Source: Candidatus Omnitrophota bacterium
Lineage (GTDB): Bacteria; Omnitrophota; Gorgyraeia; Zapsychrales; Zapsychraceae
Assembly (NCBI GenBank): GCA_015233405.1
Contig: JADFXT010000011.1
Location: 490-64,489 of the forward strand
Length of the DNA: 64,000 bases
Reading direction: 5' to 3'
Below, one piece after another: positions 42,293 to 52,644 of this stretch (positions are counted from its first letter, which is position 1; every line of letters starts with the position of its first letter). The notes under the pieces are model-generated. The model did not search any database, had not been told where the DNA came from, and saw nothing but the letters and a program-made list of their open reading frames with translations. A program made the translations under genes and the position numbers.

Positions 42293-43599
42293 AATTTTGT
42301 CCTCTCTGTGGGCTGACTTTCCATACACAAATACACCAAAACGGTCTTACTCTGACCGCGAATCCAATTGTGCATTTTCTTATAAATATCTTCCCTTACC
42401 CGCTCACTATAGCGCAGTTTATTGTCAAAGCCAAGAATCAATTCGCCGTTTAAAATCGCGTTATCCGGAAAACGATTCTCAATGGCTTCTTTCTGTTTCG
42501 GCGTCATGCGAAGACAACCTAAGCTGATCCAGGCGATTTTTGGCGCACTTATCCGTCGGAATATTTCTCCGACAAGATTCTGATAATCCTTTTTCCAGCC
42601 GTCATAAAAAATGATCGGATCAAAATGGAAGCCGACTTTATAACCATGTTGAACGCACTTTAAAGCGGCACTCAAACGTTCTTCTAAATTCGCGGTATAA
42701 AATTCCGTCGTCTCGATAATATTTTGCGGATTGACCGACCACGACACCACAATATTGTTGGCCGCCTTAACTGACAATAATTCATCGACATTGTCGCTCT
42801 TAGTCTTAAACTCAAACAAAGTTTGCGGATACTCTCGAAAGAAATCAACGAGCTTGGTGGAATAACCTGTGAGTGAATCAAAAATCAATGAATCCGTGAA
42901 CTGGCCTGTACCGATACGGATATTTTTATTCGGAAGCTTCTTAAAGGCCTCGAAGAAATCCTCGATGTTCGACGGTAAGACGATCCCCGGCGCATTGGTG
43001 TAGCTTTGCAGAAAACAATACGCGCACTCGAATCCGCAGCCGAAACCTAAATTGAGAATATAATACCCACAGCCAACTGCACCATTAGTGCACGGGCAGG
43101 AACACAAAAAATCATAACGTTCCGTGACGATAAATAAGTTTTCTGTCCGACGGTTATAAATGGATAAATCAAATCTTTTTTCCTTAATAAACCTCTGGTA
43201 ACTAGACATCATCTGGTATTTAGCTTTTGGAAAACGCACTTTTAAGGATAAGACTAATTCTGAATTCGCGACTTCTTTCTCAATAAAAATATTCTTTGGA
43301 ATGAATGGTTTATGGCCTGTAATACGAACTTTATATTTGGGATTCACTTCAAGCGGAGTGAAGTGCCAGCGGGCCCGTTCGTCATCGGTAAGCTGCGGGA
43401 ATCGTTTAACTAAAAGATCGCTCTTAATCTTATGAAAAGGTTGCTGGCGGGCGGATTTGATATTGAGAATATCTTCAATAAGCTTATGGTCGCGCTGGAC
43501 GATTTCATAAAGAAGCCTGACTAGCTGCGCTTTTTTATTGAGTCCAAAATGAGGGAAATGCTTAGTCACAGAACGCGTGATGGATTTTACATCAAGCAT
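42289..43599 (-). CDS. radical SAM protein of the spore-photoproduct-lyase (SplB-like) family with ~170-aa N-terminal extension
   Basis: GFGCGFECAYCFLQ (CX3CX2C) and the downstream SPL-like pattern FEFKTKS...VSWSVNP. Confidence 0.65.
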   Translation of the reverse strand: MLDVKSITRSVTKHFPHFGLNKKAQLVRLLYEIVQRDHKLIEDILNIKSARQQPFHKIKSDLLVKRFPQLTDDERARWHFTPLEVNPKYKVRITGHKPFIPKNIFIEKEVANSELVLSLKVRFPKAKYQMMSSYQRFIKEKRFDLSIYNRRTENLFIVTERYDFLCSCPCTNGAVGCGYYILNLGFGCGFECAYCFLQSYTNAPGIVLPSNIEDFFEAFKKLPNKNIRIGTGQFTDSLIFDSLTGYSTKLVDFFREYPQTLFEFKTKSDNVDELLSVKAANNIVVSWSVNPQNIIETTEFYTANLEERLSAALKCVQHGYKVGFHFDPIIFYDGWKKDYQNLVGEIFRRISAPKIAWISLGCLRMTPKQKEAIENRFPDNAILNGELILGFDNKLRYSERVREDIYKKMHNWIRGQSKTVLVYLCMESQPTERTKL

Positions 43600-44524
43600 G
43601 GGAGAATTTTTCCAAAATGTCGTCGATATATCTTAATTCATGCGAAGTCAATTTCCAGGTCAAAGCCTCAGCGTTTCCTTTGAGTTGGTCAACAGTCCGG
43701 CAGCCGACGATCACGCTGGCCACGCCTTTTTGCTGACGAACCCAGTTGATCGCCACTTGATTGAGCGGCCTTTTGAGCGCTTTCAAGGATTCCACAAACG
43801 CATGGACCTTAGGAAATTGGTCCATGGAATAATAATGATAAAAGAAATTCCGCACATCGGATTTGGATGGATGCGGCTGTTTCTTATATTTCCCGGAAAG
43901 AATTCCGCCGCCTAAGGATCCATACGTTAAAACACCAACGTTTTCTTTCAAGCATAACGGCAAAACTTTTTCTTCAATGGAGCGCTTAAGAAGCGAGTAC
44001 TGATTTTGTAACGTGACAATTTCTGCATATTCGCACGCTTGCTTTAACAATTCCTCGTCGAAATTGGAAACACCGATATATTTAATCTTACCGGCAGCTT
44101 TAATCTCGCAAAGTGTTTTTAATGTTTCCTCTAGTGGTGTATGGACGTCGGGCCAGTGAATTTGGTAAAGATCGATATAATCCGTCTGAAGCCGTTTTAA
44201 AGAATCATCGATCTCTTTGAGAATTCTTTCGGGCTTAAGATTATGCGAGATCCTTTTTTCTTTCCATTCAAACCCGCATTTGGTCGCAAGGACAAATTTC
44301 TTTCTCTGGCCCTTGATCGCTTTTCCGACGATTTCCTCTGCCCGGCCAAAACCATAAATCGGCGCGGTATCGATAAAATTAATGCCAGAATCCAATGCGG
44401 CCCGGACAGTATCGATACATTCCTTCTCGTCCGTCGGGCCCCAGACGTCGCCGCTAAAGACCCACGTGCCCAAACACACGCCGGAGGTCTTCAAAGACGT
44501 TTTAGGGATTTCATGATATTTCAA
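43592..44524 (-). CDS. aldo/keto reductase
   Basis: 310 aa; GINFIDTAPIYG, LATKCG and YQIHWPD motifs. Confidence 0.85.
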   Translation of the reverse strand: MKYHEIPKTSLKTSGVCLGTWVFSGDVWGPTDEKECIDTVRAALDSGINFIDTAPIYGFGRAEEIVGKAIKGQRKKFVLATKCGFEWKEKRISHNLKPERILKEIDDSLKRLQTDYIDLYQIHWPDVHTPLEETLKTLCEIKAAGKIKYIGVSNFDEELLKQACEYAEIVTLQNQYSLLKRSIEEKVLPLCLKENVGVLTYGSLGGGILSGKYKKQPHPSKSDVRNFFYHYYSMDQFPKVHAFVESLKALKRPLNQVAINWVRQQKGVASVIVGCRTVDQLKGNAEALTWKLTSHELRYIDDILEKFSHA

Positions 44525-44533
44525 AATCTCACC

Positions 44534-45346
44534 TTATTTCGTTTTCTTAGGAATGGTCACTTTAAGAACGCCTTTTTCATACTGAACGTCAAACTTCTGA
44601 GTTTCTGCGTTCTTCGGCAATGACCATGATCTTAAAAAATGCCCAAAATTCCGTTCCTCCCGATGCATTTGATTAGGCTTGTTTTCCTCAATCACGCTAT
44701 TGCGCTCGCCGGAAACAATCAACAAACCATTCTTGATCTCGACGTTAATGCTGTCTTTGTCCATGCCCGGAAGGTCCATCTGAAGAACATACGCTTTATC
44801 TGTTTCTTTTAAATCCGCTCTAGGGTCAAAAAACGCATTTTCATCAAGACCAGCCTTGCCCGGTGCCTGGCCAAAACCGGCGGCCAAACTCTCGTCGAAT
44901 AAGTCTTGCATCCTCTCCTGGACCGCCCTCATTTCTTGGAATGGATCTAAAAAATCATTGTGCAAGGCAACGGGTCGATGACGAACCGTTTGTCCAGCTA
45001 AAGGCATGGCCTGTCCAGGCAAGCCCTGTCTTTCCGAAGCCAAAATTCGAATAGACTTGGCGATACCTGTGTTGGAATCTGCAGCAATAACAACTTCTTC
45101 CCCTAAAGAAAGATTTCCCGGAATATTCCCGAGCACCACAAAAGTTCTTTCTTCGTTAGCGTTGTAATCAAAGATCGTCACTTCATTTTTACTAGCATTT
45201 AAGATCGTAATTTTCCCGACGTAATATTTACTACTGGAAGCTGCTACAGCAGATTGGGGCTGTATCGCGTTGGAAGATGAAAACCCTGCTGTGGCGACAC
45301 AACAAAGGAAGAGCATAAAGAGAAACAGTTCTTTATTTTTACGCAT
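44534..45346 (-). CDS. small heat-shock protein (alpha-crystallin domain) with N-terminal signal peptide and extra beta-rich domain
   Basis: MRKNKELFLFMLFLCCVATAGFSSS leader. C-terminal ACD: DLKETDKAYVLQMDLPGMDKDSINVEIKNGLLIVSGER...GVLKVTIPK. AGGAGG RBS before the ATG at 45346. Confidence 0.75.
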   Translation of the reverse strand: MRKNKELFLFMLFLCCVATAGFSSSNAIQPQSAVAASSSKYYVGKITILNASKNEVTIFDYNANEERTFVVLGNIPGNLSLGEEVVIAADSNTGIAKSIRILASERQGLPGQAMPLAGQTVRHRPVALHNDFLDPFQEMRAVQERMQDLFDESLAAGFGQAPGKAGLDENAFFDPRADLKETDKAYVLQMDLPGMDKDSINVEIKNGLLIVSGERNSVIEENKPNQMHREERNFGHFLRSWSLPKNAETQKFDVQYEKGVLKVTIPKKTK

Positions 45347-45381
45347 CTGGCACCTCCTTATTTTGATTAGGTTTAACAATA

Positions 45382-47520
<2,139 letters not shown>

Positions 47521-47549
47521 GATGTTTTTATCCTCCCATTAAATTATTT

Positions 47550-47594
47550 CCGGCGTGTTGTGAAGTTTTGCGCTCCACATGGGGGACACGCCGG
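47550..47594 (-). other. 9-bp perfect stem hairpin in the hsp20-clpB intergenic region
   Basis: CCGGCGTGT...(27 nt)...ACACGCCGG. On the mRNA strand it ends ~18 nt upstream of the clpB SD (GGGAGG). Confidence 0.5.
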
Positions 47595-47614
47595 GCACAA
47601 AACCCTACTAATCC

Positions 47615-48088
47615 CTACTTCACATGAATTGTAATCTGTTTTTGTCTTGATTCCTCCGTCTTAGGCAGCCGGACTTCGAGAACCCCATCTTTGTACTGCG
47701 CTTCTGCCTTCTTGGCATCTACGATAGACGGCAGAGCAATGCTACGATAAAAACTCCCATAATACCGCTCTCTGCGATGATAATTTCCTTCTTTGGTCTC
47801 ATGCTCTTTTTTCTTTTCTCCCTGTATGATCAACTGGCCTTCTTCAAAAGACACATGCATTTCTTCTTTCGTCAAGCCCGGGAGATCCGCCTTAATCAAA
47901 AGGCTGTCTTTAAGATCATGAATATCAATCGCAGGCATCCCTATATCAGCCAAGAAACCTCTGCCCGTCTCAAAAGGATCTCGCGTTAAAGAAAAATCAA
48001 ACAGGCTATTCATTTCCTTGTCAAAACCTTCTACTTCGGTTAATGGGTTCACTAACCAACTATCTGATTGTCTAGGTATAAGTTTCAT
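47615..48088 (-). CDS. small heat-shock protein Hsp20
   Basis: ACD: DIHDLKDSLLIKADLPGLTKEEMHVSFEEGQLIIQGEK...GVLEVRLPK. ATG at 48088 with AGGAGG upstream. Confidence 0.9.
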   Translation of the reverse strand: MKLIPRQSDSWLVNPLTEVEGFDKEMNSLFDFSLTRDPFETGRGFLADIGMPAIDIHDLKDSLLIKADLPGLTKEEMHVSFEEGQLIIQGEKKKEHETKEGNYHRRERYYGSFYRSIALPSIVDAKKAEAQYKDGVLEVRLPKTEESRQKQITIHVK

Positions 48089-48107
48089 ATCGAGCCTCCT
48101 TTTCTTC

Positions 48108-48134
48108 TTGGCACTCAAATAAAGTGAGTGCCAA
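48108..48134. promoter_or_regulatory. CIRCE-like operator variant TTGGCACTC-N9-GAGTGCCAA
   Basis: Perfect 9-bp inverted repeat with a 9-nt spacer, 20 nt upstream of the hsp20 ATG. It differs from consensus CIRCE (TTAGCACTC-N9-GAGTGCTAA) by one symmetric position. Confidence 0.65.
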
Positions 48135-48163
48135 ATAAAAATCAAAAAAATTTTGCCCACTTC

Positions 48164-48463
48164 TTATATCTCTAAATCCCCCTGCTCCATCCGGAGAATG
48201 ACCTTAAGCCCATGAATTTTCACTCGATGTTCGCTTAAATAATACCAGCAATGCTTTACCAAGCTCAACTCTTTTTTTGAGTAAAGCCGTGGCTGGTTTT
48301 CATTCTCCCGCCGGGGGCTGACAATTCCTTCACTGTCGAGTTGTTTTAAGACCCAAACCGGAACATCCAAAAGCCGGCACACCACGCCTGTCGTAAAAAC
48401 AGGCTCATTGGCGCCGATCTCAACCTCCGGGACATCTTTTATTTTTTTCACTTTTCCAGTCAT
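48164..48463 (-). CDS. MerR-family heat-shock regulator (HspR-like)
   Basis: The HTH region FTTGVVCRLLDVPVWVLKQLDSEGIVSPRR...RLYSKKELSLVK is MerR/HspR-like. I set the start at the second ATG (48463) because the predicted -10 box lies over the first. Confidence 0.7.
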   Translation of the reverse strand: MTGKVKKIKDVPEVEIGANEPVFTTGVVCRLLDVPVWVLKQLDSEGIVSPRRENENQPRLYSKKELSLVKHCWYYLSEHRVKIHGLKVILRMEQGDLEI

Positions 48464-48494
48464 ATTCAAAGATCCCTTCTTTCGTTCCAATTTA

Positions 48495-48522
48495 AATATA
48501 TCACAAATCGAAAATTTGTCAA
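48495..48522 (-). promoter_or_regulatory. candidate sigma70 promoter of the heat-shock operon, overlapped by a palindrome
   Basis: The minus strand reads TTGACA-16 nt-(TGa)TATATT. The palindrome ACAAAT-cgaaa-ATTTGT (48503-48519) spans the spacer and -35 box. A second palindrome ATTTCGAT-t-ATCGAAAT lies at 48540-48556. Confidence 0.5.
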
Positions 48523-48580
48523 CAGTTTCCGATATATTTATTTCGATTATCGAAATTATAAGGGCAAAAAAATATCCGCT

Positions 48581-49204
48581 TTAGCGGGCCTCACCCTCTC
48601 TCTGATTAATGGCGATCGTCTCCGGCCCGATGAGCCCGCCGGAAATGACCATGCGGATGCCTTCTTCCACCGTCCATGCGGAATCTCTCACCTGAGATTC
48701 CTTGACAATAACCAGAAATCCCGATGTCGGGCTCGGGACATGAGGAACAAAAACTTTCAGGAATTTTTCTTTGGTTGTTTTTTCTTCCAAGGATCCCGTG
48801 ACAAAACCAATGACCCAAACGTCCGGCTTAAAATAATCCACCAGAACAACGCGCTTAAAAACCTGGCCTTCCGGAAGGGACAACGTCGAGGACAGCTGTT
48901 TACCGACCTGATAAGTGGTTTTAATAATGGGAATCCGATTAGAAATGTTTTCCAAAAGGCTAAAGAATCTTCGGCCGATGACATTACTGGCCAAATACCC
49001 GATGATATATAAAGAGAAAAGGACCAACAAAATTCCCAATCCAGGAATGCGAAATCCGATAACCTTGTGGATAAGATTGACCACTTTACGGTCTACCATC
49101 ACATAAAAAAACCATATGACAAAGAACGACAAGCCCAAAGGAATTGCCGCCAAGATCCCTCGAAAAATATAGGTCTTACAATGTATCCACCAATCTTTTT
49201 GCAC
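48581..49204 (-). CDS. DUF502 family membrane protein
   Basis: 207 aa with two N-terminal TM segments; the pattern ...RIPIIKTTYQVGKQL... is typical of DUF502. Confidence 0.6.
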   Translation of the reverse strand: MQKDWWIHCKTYIFRGILAAIPLGLSFFVIWFFYVMVDRKVVNLIHKVIGFRIPGLGILLVLFSLYIIGYLASNVIGRRFFSLLENISNRIPIIKTTYQVGKQLSSTLSLPEGQVFKRVVLVDYFKPDVWVIGFVTGSLEEKTTKEKFLKVFVPHVPSPTSGFLVIVKESQVRDSAWTVEEGIRMVISGGLIGPETIAINQREGEAR

Positions 49205-49217
49205 AGACCAACCCTTT

Positions 49218-50978
49218 TTAATGGTGAAGAATCATATTTAAAAGTTCTTCTGCGGCTTTCTTGGGGCCTTCCATTTCAAACCCATGAATCCCTAAGCGCG
49301 TTCTCATTTGCCCGACAAATAATTTGCGGTCGAAGAATGCATTAAAAAATCGTTGAGCGATTTCGTCATGCAACGTTTTATATTGCGGTGGGCCAAACAC
49401 ATTAGCAAAATAGGAATGGACCAGCCCCGTCGTCGTTGTGGTACCTTTGCTCATGACCGTTCCTTCTTTAAAAATGCTGATGGCCTGTTGAGCATCCTCG
49501 AACTTTTCAATAATCGGATGTTCCTCGTCGATCGATTCATAGTTATTGGCATAAAGCACAAAATCAACCTTGTGCCCTTTGATGACATTCTCAAAGTTCG
49601 TGACCGGCAAGACAATACGCGCATTGATTTTATTGGGATTCATGATAATCGAGCGGTCCATCTGGCCAAAGGCATATCCGGGCTGGAGGTCATCAATCCT
49701 TAAAAATGCGCCGATCTCTGTACCATATCCGATAATGTCGCCGTGTTCATTGATGTCCAAAGACCCCATATCGTCGGCAACTACGATCAAATCCTGGATG
49801 ACATCTTTACCAATTTGACGAAAGGCCTCGAGCGTTTCCGATTTTCCGGCACCCGTATCGCCGATCAAAAGGATTGTCACATCTTTATTCCCTTTAAGGA
49901 TGATCCTCACCAGCGCCCCGTGAAACGGCATTTTCTTTTCTTTCATCATTTTAATATTATGCAAAGTCAACGTCATTTTCTTTAAATACCCGAAATATCC
50001 AAACTCATCTGAGGACGGAGACGCCGCGACCAAGACACCGTTCTTCTCGTCATCATAAAATACCGTCGGGAAAACTTCTAATTTAGAAAGCTGTTCGGGT
50101 CTAGCCCCAAATAAAAAGTACGCATCCGGCCGACGACCCTCTAAATCATGGCTGCTCGCCAGTTCAAAAAGATTGCTTAATGAAAATCCGAGCTCAAAAA
50201 ACTTCTCGTGAAAATAAATATAAATCAACAATGGGCCGACCTTAGCCGGATAACAAAGCCATTCTTCTTTGTCGACATCGAGGATATCAAGCGGATTGAC
50301 GGAAATCTTCTCAAATTTACCCGTGCGCTTGTTCATCGGTGGATTAATGACCAACGGCGGATAAAGCAAGATCTGCCGGATCATCAAGATATCATTTAAT
50401 TTCTGATAATTTCCTGTCTGCGCTATGGCTTTTGAAACGGCAATAGAGGCGACTTCCGCGCCCGCCCTGACTTGACGATAAATCCGCGGATGATCGCCGG
50501 TGATGTTTTCCTCAATCGTCCGGTATGTGAAACGGACCAAATGCATTAACTGTTCGATGGTTTCATTAAAAGTGCGGTAAGGCCGCTGATCGAGGGCATC
50601 GTCCTGCGAATCACAAATAATAAAACGATCAAACGAACGCCAGAAATTATAAAGCTGTTCAATAAATTCGCTAAAAAGACTTGGGTCCTTAAAAAACATC
50701 TCTGAATGAGGAACAACGCTCGGCACAAGATTCGCCGGGACTTTAATTAAGAATTGAAGTGTCTGCGTAAGAAGATCTGCATCTTTGTCGCTAATTTGAC
50801 CGTTGTTTTTATTCTCAAAAATATTAAGCAAAATAGAATTTCTTTGGCCTAAGCCTTTAAGAAAACGGGACAAAACCCAGCGAAACAGGTCGCTGCTAAG
50901 GAGCTCTTCCGGCGTTTCGCAAAGACGGTTCCGGATTTTAAGAATAATTTTTCGGTCGACAACTTTATAGGTGTACAT
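49218..50978 (-). CDS. uncharacterised P-loop protein with PEPCK/HPr-kinase-like C-terminal nucleotide-binding domain
   Basis: 586 aa. FHGALVRI...LLIGDTGAGKSETLEAF...VVADDMG...GTEIGAFLR resembles the HprK GxSGxGKSE / PEPCK kinase-1a-plus-DD arrangement. The N-terminal ~330 aa is unrecognised. Confidence 0.5.
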   Translation of the reverse strand: MYTYKVVDRKIILKIRNRLCETPEELLSSDLFRWVLSRFLKGLGQRNSILLNIFENKNNGQISDKDADLLTQTLQFLIKVPANLVPSVVPHSEMFFKDPSLFSEFIEQLYNFWRSFDRFIICDSQDDALDQRPYRTFNETIEQLMHLVRFTYRTIEENITGDHPRIYRQVRAGAEVASIAVSKAIAQTGNYQKLNDILMIRQILLYPPLVINPPMNKRTGKFEKISVNPLDILDVDKEEWLCYPAKVGPLLIYIYFHEKFFELGFSLSNLFELASSHDLEGRRPDAYFLFGARPEQLSKLEVFPTVFYDDEKNGVLVAASPSSDEFGYFGYLKKMTLTLHNIKMMKEKKMPFHGALVRIILKGNKDVTILLIGDTGAGKSETLEAFRQIGKDVIQDLIVVADDMGSLDINEHGDIIGYGTEIGAFLRIDDLQPGYAFGQMDRSIIMNPNKINARIVLPVTNFENVIKGHKVDFVLYANNYESIDEEHPIIEKFEDAQQAISIFKEGTVMSKGTTTTTGLVHSYFANVFGPPQYKTLHDEIAQRFFNAFFDRKLFVGQMRTRLGIHGFEMEGPKKAAEELLNMILHH

Positions 50979-51007
50979 GATCCTCTCCTAAAAACATGTT
51001 AAAAGCT

Positions 51008-51403
51008 TTATAAAATAGCTAATGCCTTGGCATTTTCCCAAAGCCCGTGAATATTACAGAAAGATGCAGCCAAGATCATGCCCGGCTTTCCTGTTTTAAA
51101 ACAGAGTCGGACCTCTGGCTCCGTTAAAATGGTGCTCGTATCAGGGCCTTTGGCGGAAGCGCCATGGGCGTTAAATTCAAAACGGCCAATCTCGACGGGA
51201 AATTTCTCGCCTTCAGGATGGAAATAAACCGCGATCCAAGTGATATGATGTGCGGTCGTATTAGGATGAGCGATTTCTTCCCCGACCTTGATTTTAAGTT
51301 CAACCGGTTCTCCTGCTTTGACGGCATCCGGTGCGCTAATCGACGGGACATGTTTTTCCGCCTTCCAATCCCCTGACTGATACAGATCTTTCATCATAAC
51401 CAT
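51008..51403 (-). CDS. superoxide reductase (neelaredoxin / desulfoferrodoxin centre-II type)
   Basis: EKHVPSI, HPNTTAHHITWI and CNIHGLWE ligand motifs. Confidence 0.85.
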   Translation of the reverse strand: MVMMKDLYQSGDWKAEKHVPSISAPDAVKAGEPVELKIKVGEEIAHPNTTAHHITWIAVYFHPEGEKFPVEIGRFEFNAHGASAKGPDTSTILTEPEVRLCFKTGKPGMILAASFCNIHGLWENAKALAIL

Positions 51404-51427
51404 ATTCGTTTCCTTTCGTTTGCTAAA

Positions 51428-52138
51428 TCAATATCCTAAGAAAGTTTCAGCATGTAGTTTGTCTTCACTAATCCCCAAACTTTGGCAAACACCTTTCATC
51501 GCCGTCACCATCGTCGGCGGGCCAAAGATATACCAAACGCGGTCCTGATAATCTAAGACCTTCTGCAAGACCAGGTCTTTTGTGATCATTCCTACAGAGA
51601 TATTCTCATCTTTCGGATTATCCATCACCACTGTATAAACCACTTGAATATGCGGGTTCTCGGCTTTCCACGCGTCCAACTCGCTCTTAAATGCGATATC
51701 GGCCGCCGTCCAATTAGAATAAAGAAGCATCACATCCGTCGACAATTTCTGGCCGACAATATGTTCGATCATGGAGATCGCCGGAGTCACCCCAATACCT
51801 CCGACCAGAAAACCGATCTTAGGCAAGCTCGCATCGTAAACACATTTTCCCATCGGGCCTTTAAATAAAACCTCTGTCCCGACTTTAAGACTATCCAGTT
51901 TTTCGGAAAACTTACTATCGGAAAGTTTTTTAGTAAACTCCATATAATCCTTACCCGGGGAAGAAGATATCGTCAGATATTTATTTAACGCGCCATTCTT
52001 GCGGTCTTTCTCGTCGAAGATGACCTGGATAAACTGCCCGGCCGCAAAATCCAATTTTTCTTTTAAGCCAAAACGGAAGCTCTCAACGCAACCGGTGCGC
52101 TTTATTCTTTCGATCAATTTTCCGTAAAATTCTGTCAT
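51428..52138 (-). CDS. FNR-like FAD/NAD(P)H oxidoreductase
   Basis: 236 aa; KYLTISS (RxYS-like FAD motif) and GGIGVTP NAD(P)-binding motif. No Fe-S Cys cluster. Confidence 0.7.
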   Translation of the reverse strand: MTEFYGKLIERIKRTGCVESFRFGLKEKLDFAAGQFIQVIFDEKDRKNGALNKYLTISSSPGKDYMEFTKKLSDSKFSEKLDSLKVGTEVLFKGPMGKCVYDASLPKIGFLVGGIGVTPAISMIEHIVGQKLSTDVMLLYSNWTAADIAFKSELDAWKAENPHIQVVYTVVMDNPKDENISVGMITKDLVLQKVLDYQDRVWYIFGPPTMVTAMKGVCQSLGISEDKLHAETFLGY

Positions 52139-52139
52139 A

Positions 52140-52634
52140 TTATTCCTTATCTGGTTTGCTCCCGTTAGTATGCGGAGGACTTAAATCAATAACGCTTTCG
52201 ACTTCAACCTCAATCAAATGTCGCGGCGTATTCGGTAAATGCACTTCAAAATGCCTCTTAGCGGTATGCCCGCGGTGAATGCTGTTAACGATCCGTTTGG
52301 AAATCCTTTGAGCGATGCGGGACTCCCAATCCTGTATGATTTTCTCGCTGATATCGGATTTGGGAACAATTTTCGCCCGGCCCTGCAAAGTGTATCCGAT
52401 AAACCGCTCTTCATCGACCGCCGTGATACTGACCTTGGAATTTTTAAGCAAATTCCTGTACGTTTTCCCCGAATAAAGATCAACAACAAAAGCCTTGCCT
52501 TGCTTCTCGATCCGCACAAGCCCTTTGACGGAACAATGGATCCTGCGCTTAGCGTCGATGGTCGATATAATCACCGCCCCTTGCTTAGTAAAAAATTTGA
52601 GAACCTCTTCGGGCAATTCCACTGGTATGATCAC
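52140..52634 (-). CDS. pyridoxamine-5'-phosphate-oxidase-like (split-barrel flavin-binding) protein
   Basis: 164 aa. The size and pattern are consistent with the PNPOx-like fold, but this is the weakest assignment in the operon. Confidence 0.45.
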   Translation of the reverse strand: MIIPVELPEEVLKFFTKQGAVIISTIDAKRRIHCSVKGLVRIEKQGKAFVVDLYSGKTYRNLLKNSKVSITAVDEERFIGYTLQGRAKIVPKSDISEKIIQDWESRIAQRISKRIVNSIHRGHTAKRHFEVHLPNTPRHLIEVEVESVIDLSPPHTNGSKPDKE

Positions 52635-52644
52635 GTTACAATTC

